NCBI GenBank assembly: GCA_963806195.1
Contig: CAWDXI010000002.1
Location: 1,335,493-1,399,492 of the forward strand
Source of the DNA: an uncultured Acidobacteriaceae bacterium
GTDB taxonomy: Bacteria > Acidobacteriota > Terriglobia > Terriglobales > Acidobacteriaceae
Length of the DNA stretch: 64,000 nucleotides
Reading direction: 5' to 3'
The notes beneath the pieces were generated by a model, which had not been told where the DNA came from, ran no database searches, and saw only the letters and a list, made by a program, of their open reading frames with translations. Made by a program: the position numbers and the translations under genes. Below, in pieces: positions 36,012-46,608 of the stretch (the stretch's first letter is position 1; every line of letters starts with the position of its first letter).

Positions 36012-36976
36012 TACATTGCAAATGGGCGCATGGCCACACCCGCGGCCGCTCCTTTAATCTTGTTCGTGGTTGCAATGTACAGGAACTCGTATATCCGCTC
36101 CTGAGAAAGCTGTTCCAGATAGTGTATCTCACCCAGAGGGACACCCTGTTCTACCAACACGTAAGGGTGGACCATTTCAGTGAACGGCACGACCTCTACG
36201 GAGGAAGTGTCGGAAGCGATGAGTATCGCCCCAAACTCCTCAATCAGCCAGCGCGCACTCTCTAGGTTGATCCCGGCGGTATCATGTCGGTTGAGTTGAG
36301 CATGATCGGCGCCAGTTTCACCCCACAAACGCCCGGTACCTGTGCGGATAAGAACCACGTCCCCTGTCCGCAAGGCCACGTGCCCGAAGGCCAGCGCATC
36401 AGCGAGATCCGTCGGAGTAATGACATAGCTGCCCGGCAACGCATCCACTTTCTTGCAGCCAGCTATGTCGAGAAGCACACCGCGCGCCACGATGGGCGGG
36501 AATTTATCAACCGACGCTTTGCGGACCCCAAAATCACCACCGTGCTGGCTTTCCTTGAATCCGTTATACCAGTGAGTATCGGACCCTATTCCAACCGTAA
36601 TGTGGCCCAAGCTATCGAGATGTGTGCCCACATTGTCGCCGGTAAAGATCGCGGTGCTGTGCCAGCGGGGATCGTTCGAACCGGGAACATCGTCTCCGGC
36701 AACTCTCTCTCCGTGTGGAGTTCGATAGCTCATGATTTCCGTGGCTGCATGCCCAGCCCATCGGAATGAGCCTCGATCCACCGTCACTCCCAGATCTGCT
36801 ATTCGGCCCTTGGTCACCAGTTTTAGAGCTGCCAGCACGGACTGCTCAGTGATCGCGTTCAGAGCCCCGATCTCGTCGTCCGGCCCCCATATCCATCCCC
36901 AGCCTTTACCTTTTTGCCAATTTCCCATTTGAGCCGCACCCAAACACATTTTTGTTTTCAATTTATATGAAGTCAT
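36008..36976 (-). CDS. Cyclase-family protein (kynurenine-formamidase-like metal hydrolase)
   Basis: 322 aa: GRIADLGV, FTGDNVGTHLDSLGHI (HxD...H metal motif), GVLLDIAG, GDVVLIRTG, AGINLESARWL and ASDTSSVE. A 4-nt overlap links it to the IclR gene. Confidence 0.87.
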   Translation of the reverse strand: MTSYKLKTKMCLGAAQMGNWQKGKGWGWIWGPDDEIGALNAITEQSVLAALKLVTKGRIADLGVTVDRGSFRWAGHAATEIMSYRTPHGERVAGDDVPGSNDPRWHSTAIFTGDNVGTHLDSLGHITVGIGSDTHWYNGFKESQHGGDFGVRKASVDKFPPIVARGVLLDIAGCKKVDALPGSYVITPTDLADALAFGHVALRTGDVVLIRTGTGRLWGETGADHAQLNRHDTAGINLESARWLIEEFGAILIASDTSSVEVVPFTEMVHPYVLVEQGVPLGEIHYLEQLSQERIYEFLYIATTNKIKGAAAGVAMRPFAMY

Positions 36977-36983
36977 CCTGCGA

Positions 36984-37133
36984 CTACCCTAGTTGATACG
37001 CAACTGCGACAGTCACTACGCCGATGGTGTAAAGCGCCAAACTGCCAGACATCAAGAGTTTCGCCTGGCCGTCGGCATGCTTAAATTCCTTCCAGAGGAA
37101 AATCCCCCACAGAGCGCCCACCATGGACGGCGC
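36984..37133 (-). pseudogene. C-terminal remnant of a GRP/RhaT-type sugar transporter
   Basis: The last 49 codons of the track ORF 36984-37418 read APSMVGALWGIFLWKEFKHADGQAKLLMSGSLALYTIGVVTVAVAYQLG, the typical tail of glucose/rhamnose uptake proteins. Everything upstream is not protein-like and overlaps the SDR gene. Confidence 0.45.
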
Positions 37134-37294
37134 TCCGACACGCACGCACTTGGTCGGGCTGGGTTTCTGTAACCTAACCTCTTCTGCGAGCCCCTCAAGA
37201 CTTGATAATGACGCGCTTCTTCTTTGTAGCGATGGCTTTGAACGGAAGAGCCGGCATGCACCTGTTCCCGCGCTGCGAACACTCGCAGCTTGGG

Positions 37295-38062
37295 CTAACT
37301 GGTATAGCCACCATCTACAACGACAGTCGAACCTGTCGAATAAGAAGACTCGTCGGAGGCTAACAGCACGATGAACGGAGCCAACTCGTACGACTCGCCG
37401 AACCGTCCCAACAAGCAACGCGGACCCAGAAATTTCTGCTCCGCTTCTTTTCGGGTCACGCCCATCCGCTTAAGCAGATCCTCCATCGCTGGAGTATGAA
37501 TCATTCCCGGACAAATACAATTAACCCGAATGTTATATTGCACGAAATCCTTGGCCATGGTCTTCGTCATGTTCACCAAGGCAGCCTTGCTGGCGCTGTA
37601 ATTCACCCAGTCAGGTCCCATGCCCACGAGACCGTTGATCGAAGCAATATTGATAATCGAGCCGCTTTTCTGGCGCTTCATGATGGGCAGGGAGTATTTG
37701 ACGCAAAAACTGGTTCCGTAGATGTTGACCTTAAAAACTTTCTCGTAGTCCGCCGCGGTAGCTTCTTCGGTGGACACGTGGTGAAACGAGGCAGCGTTGT
37801 TAACCAGAACGTCCAGGCGGTTCCACAGACTTTCGGCCTTGGCCGCGACGCTTTTCGCGCCAGGTTCCCCCGAGATATCAGCGGTCAGCGGCTCGGCAAC
37901 TCCGCCGGTATCTTTGATCTCCTGTGCTACCTGTTTCGCTCTATCTTCGACGAGATCGACTACGAGTACGCGCGCACCCTCTTTCGCCATCTGCAGGCAA
38001 GCATGGTGACCGATTCCCGAGCCCCCGCCGGTTACTACAGCGACCTTATCTTTCAACCTCAT
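37295..38062 (-). CDS. Short-chain dehydrogenase/reductase (SDR)
   Basis: KVAVVTGGGSGIG, LVNNAAS, NIASINGLV...YSASKAA (catalytic YxxxK), IRVNCICPG and VVVDGGYT. Confidence 0.92.
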   Translation of the reverse strand: MRLKDKVAVVTGGGSGIGHHACLQMAKEGARVLVVDLVEDRAKQVAQEIKDTGGVAEPLTADISGEPGAKSVAAKAESLWNRLDVLVNNAASFHHVSTEEATAADYEKVFKVNIYGTSFCVKYSLPIMKRQKSGSIINIASINGLVGMGPDWVNYSASKAALVNMTKTMAKDFVQYNIRVNCICPGMIHTPAMEDLLKRMGVTRKEAEQKFLGPRCLLGRFGESYELAPFIVLLASDESSYSTGSTVVVDGGYTS

Positions 38063-38176
38063 CCCAAACTCCAGTTTTCTACATTTCGGAATTAAGTGCT
38101 GGATTCCGAAGCGACTTTACAGGGTGAATAATGCCTTGTCAAGCAGATGTACTCGTCCAGTCGATTAGTGACACCT

Positions 38177-38269
38177 TCATTCCTTTCGGGGAAATGAGAA
38201 CTGAAGCAAGAACTGACGGGGTGTGAGGTAGCCCAGGGACTGGTGGGGACGCACGGTATTGTAGATACG
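38177..38269 (-). pseudogene. Tail fragment of an rve-type (IS3/IS481-like) transposase
   Basis: QRIYNTVRPHQSLGYLTPRQFLLQFSFPRKE* is preceded directly by an in-frame TAG. The YN-x-x-RPH-x-x-LGY-x-TP motif is the usual C-terminal integrase-core signature. Confidence 0.45.
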
Positions 38270-38320
38270 TTGCTATTGCCGGAGGCAACTCACTCAAGAA
38301 CGTGACAGGAGGGCTGTCGC

Positions 38321-38540
38321 GTGCTCCTTGCGGCCATCGAATTCAAGTCGCAGGTCGGCTCGTTCGGCAGCAACTACAACACTTCGAACGGAAGAGGCCA
38401 TCGGCAGCGCGCCGGACATTTGGACTGCCTGCTGCGATGGCGGGTTCAAGTCCTCCGGCCGCCCCGTGATCTGCTTTGCGGTCGCTCGCAAAATGACTTC
38501 CTGTACTTTTGCCGCCCGCAAACGGACAGTGACTTGCTAG
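38321..38540 (+). pseudogene. Frameshifted fragment of a PaeR7I/XhoI-like type II restriction endonuclease
   Basis: One frame gives AAIEFKSQVGSFGSNYNT and the next frame gives RTEEAIGSAPDIWTA. Together they match the block AIE-KSQ-G-SFGNN-NNR-EEAIG-A-D-W that I recall for this family. Only about 60 residues remain. Confidence 0.4.
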
Positions 38541-38569
38541 CGCACCCGGACATATCATGTGCGTCTGCT

Positions 38570-38749
38570 CGGCCGAAAGTGGAAGCACTCTTCGCGGAAC
38601 TGAAGAAGTACATCGGACTACTTCGATTGAGACTTCGCCAGATGCGCTTTGCACGCGAGCTGTTCTATCTTGCTGCCACGGCGCAGAACTTTAAACGGTT
38701 GGTGCGGTTGCTCGCCCGTAGGTCTGAAGTCCAAACTGCAACCGTGTGA
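38570..38749 (+). pseudogene. C-terminal fragment of an IS5/IS1182-type DDE transposase
   Basis: RPKVEALFAELKKYIGLLRLRLRQMRFARELFYLAATAQNFKRLVRLL is the conserved tail (VE..F...K...GL.R.R.RG...V..EF.L.A.A.N.KRL). Confidence 0.55.
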
Positions 38750-39267
38750 GTCGGAAGTCACCAAAGAATTGGAAACACGCAGAGAAAAGTGCCGAAGGAA
38801 AACCACAGCGCCGACGGGTCTTTTTCAACACGCACATGTGCTCGCGACAGGGAACCCAGAAAAAACTTGACAAGAGCGTCGGCCTTCGACTAAAGTCCCC
38901 ACCCAGACGGGGTGGTCTGCATTGTGGAACCTAGTAATGAAATTTAGAAGTGACGTACATGGATTCCAAGTCCCAGGTTTACGAAGGGGACTCTGCAGCT
39001 AATGTCGGAGAAGACCAGCATCTGATATTAAGCCTCTTCCGATGACGTAAGCGGTGGCTGCGATGTGGACTCTTGTTGAAGTTACTAAGCGTTGGGGCAA
39101 AAGAGCGGAACTAAGGCACACCCGAGAAGACTCGGCGTTTGGTTACGTTTTGAGCATGCGTGGTGTGGGTTGTTCAAGTGTTGCCAGCGGTTGCGCGTTA
39201 AGTGAAGTTCGCCAATTGCTCGCCCCATTGCCGGATCGAGACACGTAATAATTTTGAGGAGGGTGCG

Positions 39268-42200
39268 ATGCCTGTCAGACGTATTGTTATGCTCGTCATG
39301 ACCGTTTTATGGGGCTCGATGATTTGTTTGGCCCAACTTGAGACTGCCACAATTCTCGGGACAGTTTACGACAGCTCGGGGGCGATAATTCCCGGCGCCA
39401 AGGTAGTGGTTACAGATATCGGGACGTCCGCGACGGTGGAACTGACCACGGACCGGAGCGGGACGTTTATTGCCCCGGCGCTGAGGATCGGCAATTACAA
39501 AGTCACCGTCTCGGCGTCGGGTTTCAAGACATTCGTTCAAACGGACATTACTGTCAACGTGAACGCCAGGGTCAATTTGGACGTGGTGCTGCCTCCTGGG
39601 TCCGCCAGCCAGGAGGTTACGGTCGTCGGGAAGGCGCCGGTCGTGCAGACCGCCTCGACCACCCTCGGCGCCGTCGTCAATAATCAGGAAGCAGAGGACC
39701 TTCCATTGAACGGCCGGGATATCTCAATGCTGATGAGTGTGGCGCCGGGCACAGTCCCTCTCGGCGACAGAGCTTTTAGCGGCGCCGGAGAGGGCCGACT
39801 CTGGGAAAATGCCACAAGATACTTAGTGGATGGCGGCGATTCCTCCCAGGTGGACTCAGACTTTGCGTTCGGCGGATATGGCTCCTCGGCTCGCCTTACT
39901 CGCGCCAGCGTCGATGCTGTTCAAGAGTTCCGCGTGGCCAACGACGCCTACTCGGCCGAGTACGGCGCGGCGGTGGGTGGGGTAGTCAACTTCATCACCA
40001 AGTCCGGCACGAACCAATTTCACGGCGACGTGTTCGAGTTCTTCCGCAATGACAAGCTCAACGCGCGCAATTACTTTAACGCTGCTCCGTCTGCGAAGCC
40101 GGAGGACCGGCTGAACCAGTTTGGCGGGACAATCGGCGGCCCCATCATTCGGGACAAACTCTTCTTCTTCGCCGATTATGAGGCCGTCCGGGAGCGCACC
40201 GGGGTGAGCTTCAGCACTTTTACGCCGACCCAGGCCTATCGGAACAGCCTCACGGACCCCGCGCTGCTGCCCGCGATTAATCAGCTCCCGTTACCGAATG
40301 GCGCGGTAGTAAATGATCCTATCTGTCCGAACTGCGAAGCCGCTTATAACGGCTCGCGGGTGAACAGCCTTACGGAAAACAGCTTCATGGGCAAGATAGA
40401 TTGGCAAGCTACCTCCAAGGACCGGTTTACTTTCCGGTATTCCGCGGATCCGAGCACCACCCTGAACTATAATGGCGTGGGGGACGGACAATACAGCACG
40501 ATTCCCGGCCACCCGCAATTGGTCAACATCAATTACACTCGAGTTATTACCCCAAACCTCTTAAACGAGTTCGGAACGCATCTCAATCGCCAGTATTGGG
40601 ATGATCCTGCAGGGGCGGGCAGCTACGCACCTAACTCCATCCGACAGACGCCGCTGGTGATCTTTGGCAGTGGTGTTGCCGATGCGGGTCCCACCTACTG
40701 GGACATGAACGTGGCGAATACCTTGTTCGACTTCCAAGACGCGCTGACTTGGATCAAGGGGCGCCACCAGATGAAGTTTGGGGCGCAGATTGTGCACATG
40801 GCCAATGACAAGTTGGTGAGAGAGCAGGTCTGGGAGGTTTTCCTGGGCCTGAATGGAGCTTTTGGAGCCACTCCACCCGCTGGGGAGCCCGCTTATTTTG
40901 GAGCATACGCGACCAACACGCCATACCTTCTCTACAACGAAGGTTGGCCGCGACCGAGCGTGCGCATCGGGCAGAATGCCTTCTTCGCCCAAGACGACTT
41001 CAAGGCTTCCAGCCACCTCAACCTCAATATAGGTCTCCGCTACCAGTACGACGGAGCGCCGACGGAAAAGCATGGAATTATCGCCAATTTCGACGAGGCG
41101 ACCGGCACGCTCGACAAACCGGGGACGACCGTTTTCAACGCGCCCAAGACGGAGTTCGCACCGCGCTTCGGTTTTGCGTGGTCACCTTTCAGTACACAGA
41201 AAACCGTCGTTCGTGGTGGCTTCGGGATGTTCTATTCGGACTTTAACTCGGGCTACGCGCAGTTCCTCCCGACCAATGTTCCGGGGTTCGCTCACAATTA
41301 TGAGGCGGTTACGAGCCCTGCGCTTCCGCTGGTCGGATTTCCGCCGACCGATATCAGCGGGTTGACGGGTACATTATCCCCCACCAGCTTTAACAAAGAC
41401 TGGAAGAACGCCTATACCGAAGCGTGGAATTTCAACATCCAGCAGGGGCTCGGACAAAACATGGTCCTTCAAATAGCGTACGTGGGAAATCGGGGCCTGC
41501 ATTTCAGCACCACGGCAGATGGAAATCCTATTGACCCGGCCACCGGCCTACGGGGTTTCCCCAATTTTGGCGAGGCAACTTACTATTGTGCGTGCCTCAT
41601 CACCAACTACAACGCCTTGCAGGTAACCTTCAAGCGTCAGTTGAGCAATGGCCTGACTTTCAACGTCAACTATACCTTTGGGAAGTATCTGGACGACGTT
41701 GGGACTAGCTTTGGGCCGACCGCCGTGGCACAGAATCCTGCTGACCCCCGTGGCGAATATGGGCCGTCCGACTACGATGCTCGCCATGTTCTGGAGTTCA
41801 ACTATAGCTATAATCTACCAGTGCCGCACAGTTTCCCGGGATGGCTTGGCGGATGGCAGGTTAACGGCATCACCACTATGCAGTCAGGTCAGCCACTTAC
41901 GGCCCTCTGTAGCTGTGATCCCACTGGGATCGGGGATACTACGGGGCGGGCGGACATCGTGCCCGGCGTCCCACTCTACACTGGAAATCCATGGCCGGGC
42001 ACTCCAACCAAACCTGTGATCAATCCGGCGGCCTTCGTAACCCCTCTAGGGACTGGCCAATTCGGTGACTCCAGCAGAAACTTGCTGCGCGGCCCGGCGC
42101 TTCTGAACTGGGATTTTTCAGTTTTCAAGAAGTTCAAGGTGCGGGAGTCCCAAATGTTGGAATTCCGCGCAGAGATCTTCAACCTCTTCAACACACCGGA

Positions 42201-42327
42201 GTTTTCTAACCCGAATGCGGACGTGTCGGCTCCGGCCACATTCGGCCAGAGTTTCTCTACCATTACCACACCGGTAGGATTTCCCTCACAAAGGCAAATC
42301 CAGCTTGGAATGAAGTATTCCTTCTGA
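39268..42327 (+). CDS. TonB-dependent-receptor-like outer-membrane protein with an N-terminal carboxypeptidase-regulatory-like domain
   Basis: The ATG at 39268 follows GAGGAGGG. The signal peptide is VMLVMTVLWGSMICLAQ. Next come ATILGTVYDSSGAIIPGAKVVVTDIGTSATVELTTDRSGTFIAPALRIGNYKVTVSASGFK, a plug-like LNGRD, and a long beta-barrel ending ...QRQIQLGMKYSF. Confidence 0.9.
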   Translation: MPVRRIVMLVMTVLWGSMICLAQLETATILGTVYDSSGAIIPGAKVVVTDIGTSATVELTTDRSGTFIAPALRIGNYKVTVSASGFKTFVQTDITVNVNARVNLDVVLPPGSASQEVTVVGKAPVVQTASTTLGAVVNNQEAEDLPLNGRDISMLMSVAPGTVPLGDRAFSGAGEGRLWENATRYLVDGGDSSQVDSDFAFGGYGSSARLTRASVDAVQEFRVANDAYSAEYGAAVGGVVNFITKSGTNQFHGDVFEFFRNDKLNARNYFNAAPSAKPEDRLNQFGGTIGGPIIRDKLFFFADYEAVRERTGVSFSTFTPTQAYRNSLTDPALLPAINQLPLPNGAVVNDPICPNCEAAYNGSRVNSLTENSFMGKIDWQATSKDRFTFRYSADPSTTLNYNGVGDGQYSTIPGHPQLVNINYTRVITPNLLNEFGTHLNRQYWDDPAGAGSYAPNSIRQTPLVIFGSGVADAGPTYWDMNVANTLFDFQDALTWIKGRHQMKFGAQIVHMANDKLVREQVWEVFLGLNGAFGATPPAGEPAYFGAYATNTPYLLYNEGWPRPSVRIGQNAFFAQDDFKASSHLNLNIGLRYQYDGAPTEKHGIIANFDEATGTLDKPGTTVFNAPKTEFAPRFGFAWSPFSTQKTVVRGGFGMFYSDFNSGYAQFLPTNVPGFAHNYEAVTSPALPLVGFPPTDISGLTGTLSPTSFNKDWKNAYTEAWNFNIQQGLGQNMVLQIAYVGNRGLHFSTTADGNPIDPATGLRGFPNFGEATYYCACLITNYNALQVTFKRQLSNGLTFNVNYTFGKYLDDVGTSFGPTAVAQNPADPRGEYGPSDYDARHVLEFNYSYNLPVPHSFPGWLGGWQVNGITTMQSGQPLTALCSCDPTGIGDTTGRADIVPGVPLYTGNPWPGTPTKPVINPAAFVTPLGTGQFGDSSRNLLRGPALLNWDFSVFKKFKVRESQMLEFRAEIFNLFNTPEFSNPNADVSAPATFGQSFSTITTPVGFPSQRQIQLGMKYSF

Positions 42328-43018
42328 GGTGTTGGGTGAGTTCAACATTGATGACCCCTCGGAGAGGAAGACCGAGAAAAATTCGGCCTTTCTCTCCCTT
42401 TCACATTGTTTCGGCTACTGCGAACGGTACTTTTCTCGAGCGTATTGCTAAACCTTAATCCCTCGTTAAGAAAGAACTCACGTTCGACAGTGGCTGGTTT
42501 ATTCCGTCGAAGGAGCCAGGACACAGCATCACCTTCGATGATCTCTTAGACGATAACTTACTTACTTTTGAATCCTAAATAAGCGCCTAAAACGAGTAGA
42601 TTGTTCCCCACTGTGCGAAATGAATCAGAAATCAACTTACAGGAATTCCGTGAAGTTGTTCGCCGTATCTCGAATCCGAATTCTCTGTGGCTCCATGCTT
42701 TCCTGCTTCTCGTGGCAAGCACGATTTTCTCTGCGACAGGCCACACTCAAAATACCAGCAGTCTTGGACATTCATCTCACCTTCCCCGGGTACGCACCGG
42801 TATCCGGAATGGGGCTGTCAATTCTCTGTGGAAGTACGACGCCTATCCGGACCTCCAATGGTTGGCAATAGACATTGCCCCTGCGAAGTTGAGGGTTCTG
42901 ATCCAAGAAAAATACACTCACACAGGGGAGTACGCAACGAAAGAAAAACTGCGTCGCGATGACAGCCCAAAAGTGCTTCTGACCTTGAATTATCATAGGG
43001 CGATTAAAGACAGTGGGT

Positions 43019-44851
43019 TTAACGAACATCAGTGATGATAAACGTTCTGACCGCTTGGCTGTTCTGCGTCACCTTCTCGTTGCGCATTTGAGCCAATTTC
43101 GCGTAGCGAGCCAGTACCTCCCGAGCCAGCTCAAAGCGGCCCAGGTTTCGGTACGTCTGCCCCAATCGGTATTGTCCCGCGACGGAATTTGGATCGAGCT
43201 GAACAACCTGCAGAAACTCCTTCAAAGCCTTTTCTTCTTGCTTGCGCGCAGCAAAGAGGGACCCTAATTCCAGATGAGCATCAGTGAATTTGGGTTTGAG
43301 GCGAACCGCGGTCGCCAGAGCTCTTTCCGACTCGTCCAACCACTCGGCCTTGTCCAAGGCAAGACCGACCCGTAACAATGTCGTTCCGAAACAAAACTGC
43401 ACCTCGGTTGCCGTGGGATGGGTCTCACTCAGATGCTTCAGTCTCGGAATGTAACCTTCCCATTCTGCAGGAAGAAGGAATGGGCCAAGGGTGTACCAGG
43501 CCGAGGCCGCGCTGGGAGACGAGGGTTCGACCTCGAGCGCCGTCAGGAATGCTCGTGCTGCGTCCGCATACTGCCGAAGGCCGAAGCGCGCAATTCCAAC
43601 GCCGAGATACTGTCGCCCCGATTCCGGAAACCTCCGGGTTCCAACTAGGAAGATTTCCAATGCGGGCTCGAAGTTGTCATGCGCCAGGTACTCGGATGCC
43701 AAGTCAAAATTGTAATCCTCGTTGTGGGGTTCCATCTCTACTGCGTGCTGATAGTGGCGCAGGGCTTCTACGTAATCGCCCGCCTCCTCTTCCACCGAGG
43801 CAAGCAGATTGAACAATTCCGCCGCAGGTTTGCTTTCAACTTTTCCCCGCAGAAATTCCACAGCCTGCCTCGTCGCGCCAGCCGCACGGTAGGCGAGCGC
43901 AAGGTTATAGGCCGCCTCGTCATTTTCTGGTTCCTGGCGCACGACTTCCTCAAGATGGGTCACGGCCTGGTGCTGCGCGCCGTGCGCAGCAAACAGCACG
44001 CCCAAGGCCAAATTCTGTGCGCCAGATAGCTGGGAGGGCGGAGGCGGCAGGCTTTCGACGGCCTTGGGGTCGCCTGCCACGAGCGTGATCTGGACGAGTT
44101 TAATGTAGAGTTCAGGGGAGGCAGAACTTAACTCGTAGGCGCGCCGATAAGACCGCAGGGCTGCTGCATTGTCGCCTCGGTCTTCGGCCACGAGGGCGGA
44201 AAGCGCGTAAAACTGCGCAGCCGGAATCGAATATGGAGGAGGGGTTAACTGGAGGAGGATGTTAGCTGCCTCGATGGGCCTTTTTAACTCGCGAAGCGCC
44301 CGCGCATATTGATAGCCGGTCCGAAAGTCTCCAGGGTGAGTTGCCCAGGCTTTTTCAAGATAGGGTACCGCCTCGTTGTACTCGCCAAGTGTGGCCAGGT
44401 TTGTCCCGATACCAAGCAAGGCGACGAAACTCGTCGGGGCGCGCCGTAGGGCCTGGTGAAAGAGCACGACGGCCTCCTTGTTCCTCCCCATTCGTTCGAG
44501 CAACGCGCCAAGGTTGGTATAACCGATTGCTTCCTGAGGCTGGAGCCTTATAACGTTGCGGAAGCTATCCTCCGCCTCCTGCAGGCGGCCCAACTGGCTG
44601 AGCGCCATGCCTCGAAGGTTATGCAGGGAAGCATCGTAGGGAGCCTGCTTGAGTCCCGCATCGACCTCGGTCAGCGCCTCGGCAAATTTGTTCTGCGCGA
44701 GTAGTTGAATAGCGATATTTGAAGATGCAGAGGCTTCCTTAGTGGGGGGCGCCACGCGGGTGGTGGTTTGGAGACCTAGTGCAGCGCCGGAAAGGCTGCC
44801 CACCGAAAGAAGAAAAAGCAGAGTACACCGCATCGCCGTCGTAATTCTCAA
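43019..44851 (-). CDS. Secreted tetratricopeptide-repeat protein
   Basis: 610 aa. A signal peptide is followed by more than 10 TPR units, for example AEALTEVDAGLKQAPYDASLHNLRGMALSQLGRLQEAEDSFRNVIRLQP. A 4-nt overlap links it to the upstream CRTAC1-like gene. Confidence 0.88.
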   Translation of the reverse strand: MRITTAMRCTLLFLLSVGSLSGAALGLQTTTRVAPPTKEASASSNIAIQLLAQNKFAEALTEVDAGLKQAPYDASLHNLRGMALSQLGRLQEAEDSFRNVIRLQPQEAIGYTNLGALLERMGRNKEAVVLFHQALRRAPTSFVALLGIGTNLATLGEYNEAVPYLEKAWATHPGDFRTGYQYARALRELKRPIEAANILLQLTPPPYSIPAAQFYALSALVAEDRGDNAAALRSYRRAYELSSASPELYIKLVQITLVAGDPKAVESLPPPPSQLSGAQNLALGVLFAAHGAQHQAVTHLEEVVRQEPENDEAAYNLALAYRAAGATRQAVEFLRGKVESKPAAELFNLLASVEEEAGDYVEALRHYQHAVEMEPHNEDYNFDLASEYLAHDNFEPALEIFLVGTRRFPESGRQYLGVGIARFGLRQYADAARAFLTALEVEPSSPSAASAWYTLGPFLLPAEWEGYIPRLKHLSETHPTATEVQFCFGTTLLRVGLALDKAEWLDESERALATAVRLKPKFTDAHLELGSLFAARKQEEKALKEFLQVVQLDPNSVAGQYRLGQTYRNLGRFELAREVLARYAKLAQMRNEKVTQNSQAVRTFIITDVR

Positions 44852-46608
44852 AACGTATCCTGTGAGAGAATTCCTTTCCCCTCCTGAATCGTGACCAGCC
44901 GGTTTGCGGGAATGCGTTCAAAATTCTCCTTAGCGCCGCCGAGCCATTGTACTTCGACATTCGCATCACCCGCCGTGCCGAGGCCAAAGTGGAGTCGAAG
45001 GTCGTTCTGCGAGCAGAAGCTGCCCCCGCTTTGAACCTCCTGGAACTGGCGGCGCCTGTGTGCTTCCACAACCACCCGCGACCCGATCGCCGCACGGTTA
45101 GTCTTCGACCCGATCAGCCGGACGAGGAGCCATGAGCTCGGCGAAGGCGACTGGTTGCGCAGCAGAAGCGGGCAGTCGTTAATGTTATTGATCACCAGAT
45201 CAATTTGTCCCGTATTGAAAATATCGCCCACTGCTGCGCCCCTGCTGCAGCGCGGCGCGCTAATACCGGGCCCGCAATGTTGGGAAATATCTTGGAACCG
45301 CCCGTCTCCCAGGTTTCGGAGGAGGATGCGGCTTCCTGCTTCCGGCGGGAAGGCCCCCCGGGGCGGATAGATGGGCCCGCCCGCGATGAAGATGTCGGGC
45401 CATCCGTCGTTGTCGAAATCGAAAAACCCGGTTCCCCACTTGACGGATTTAGTTAGTCCCGCAAGGCCGCTCATGTTGGTCACGTCTGTGAAGAATGCAT
45501 TGCCTTCATTGCGATAAAGCGACGGTGTGTCATCGGAGAAATTGGTCTTGATAATGTCGAGAAAGCCGTTTTCGTCGTAATCGCCGGTCGCGACCCCCAT
45601 TCCAGCCTGTGGCCTTCCGTTGATATCAAGGGCCACACCCGCCATCAGCCCGATCTCACTGAACGTCCCATCGCGGTTGTTATGAAACAAAAGGCTGGGC
45701 TTAGCATCGGCTGCAACGTAAATGTCTGGCCAGCCATCGTTATCGAAGTCGGCGACGCAGGGTGTGAAGCCGTACGTTGGAGCTGGCTTCAAAATCCCCG
45801 CCGCCTGGGAAACATCCGTGAACGTCCCATTGCCATTGTTATGGTAGAGAATGTTGTAGCTGCCAGGAAGGCCTTCGACGCCGTAACGTACAGGAGATCG
45901 CATGGTGGCGATCGACGGATCGGTGTCGTAAAGAACTGTCGCTTCTTTATAACCGACGTAATTCGCGACGAAAAGGTCCAGGTGTCCATCGCGATCATAG
46001 TCCAAGAAAGCCGCCCCGGTGTTATAGCGATCCTCCACCTGCAGGAGGCCCGCTTCCTTGGTTATATCCGTGAACGTTCCGTCCCCGTTGTTCCGGAAGA
46101 GCACATTCTTCCCGTAGTAGGTAACGAATAGGTCCAGGTTTCCGTCATTATTGAAGTCACCTACACAAACACCCTGCGTCCAACCGTGCCGGACCAAACC
46201 GGCCTCTTGAGTGACGTCCTTGAAGGTCCCGTCTCGATTATTGCGGTAGAGGTGACTGAAGGGTTCTTGGCCCTCTGGAAACTGACCGAGGCCCCAGCCG
46301 TTGGCGATGAAAATGTCTAGCCAACCGTCGTTGTCGTAATCAAACAGCGCGACTCCGCCGCCAGTCGTCGAGAGAAGGAAGTCTTTAGTTTTGTCCCCGG
46401 AGATGATCGTCTTAGCTGTCAGACCGGCTTTTTCGGCAACATCGATATAGGACGGATAGTACGGCGTGGCGTGACCGGCTGTTCGAGCTCCTTCCCACCG
46501 AGGTGGCACGCAGAAGCAGGCCGCGCCTTGAAGCATGTGCTTTAGGCAGCGGCGTCGATCCATGGGCTGGATTATAGCAAGACGCCAAACCGCGAACAAC
46601 GCCATCAA
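44848..46608 (-). CDS. CRTAC1-family protein (FG-GAP/VCBS repeats plus a C-terminal ASPIC/UnbV domain)
   Basis: Repeated DYDNDGWLDIF, DFNNDGNLDLF, DYDRDGHLDLF, DFDNDGWPDIY, DYDENGFLDI and DFDNDGWPDIF motifs. The C-terminal part reads NRAAIGSRVVVEAHRRRQFQEVQSGGSFCSQND. Confidence 0.9.
   Translation of the reverse strand: MMALFAVWRLAIIQPMDRRRCLKHMLQGAACFCVPPRWEGARTAGHATPYYPSYIDVAEKAGLTAKTIISGDKTKDFLLSTTGGGVALFDYDNDGWLDIFIANGWGLGQFPEGQEPFSHLYRNNRDGTFKDVTQEAGLVRHGWTQGVCVGDFNNDGNLDLFVTYYGKNVLFRNNGDGTFTDITKEAGLLQVEDRYNTGAAFLDYDRDGHLDLFVANYVGYKEATVLYDTDPSIATMRSPVRYGVEGLPGSYNILYHNNGNGTFTDVSQAAGILKPAPTYGFTPCVADFDNDGWPDIYVAADAKPSLLFHNNRDGTFSEIGLMAGVALDINGRPQAGMGVATGDYDENGFLDIIKTNFSDDTPSLYRNEGNAFFTDVTNMSGLAGLTKSVKWGTGFFDFDNDGWPDIFIAGGPIYPPRGAFPPEAGSRILLRNLGDGRFQDISQHCGPGISAPRCSRGAAVGDIFNTGQIDLVINNINDCPLLLRNQSPSPSSWLLVRLIGSKTNRAAIGSRVVVEAHRRRQFQEVQSGGSFCSQNDLRLHFGLGTAGDANVEVQWLGGAKENFERIPANRLVTIQEGKGILSQDTF

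Noticed and set aside
38430-38460. GGTTCAAGTCC, which resembles a tRNA T-arm
   Set aside because: The flanking bases do not form a T-stem or an acceptor stem. The stretch is explained by the restriction-endonuclease pseudogene frame (…CDGGFKSSGRP…).
42601-43035. 144-aa plus-strand ORF in the lower-GC spacer between the OMP and TPR genes
   Set aside because: It has a signal-like stretch (LWLHAFLLLVASTIFSATG) but no plausible start near it, no RBS and no recognisable family. Its end overlaps the convergent TPR gene. It may be a small secreted protein, but it is not supportable from sequence alone.
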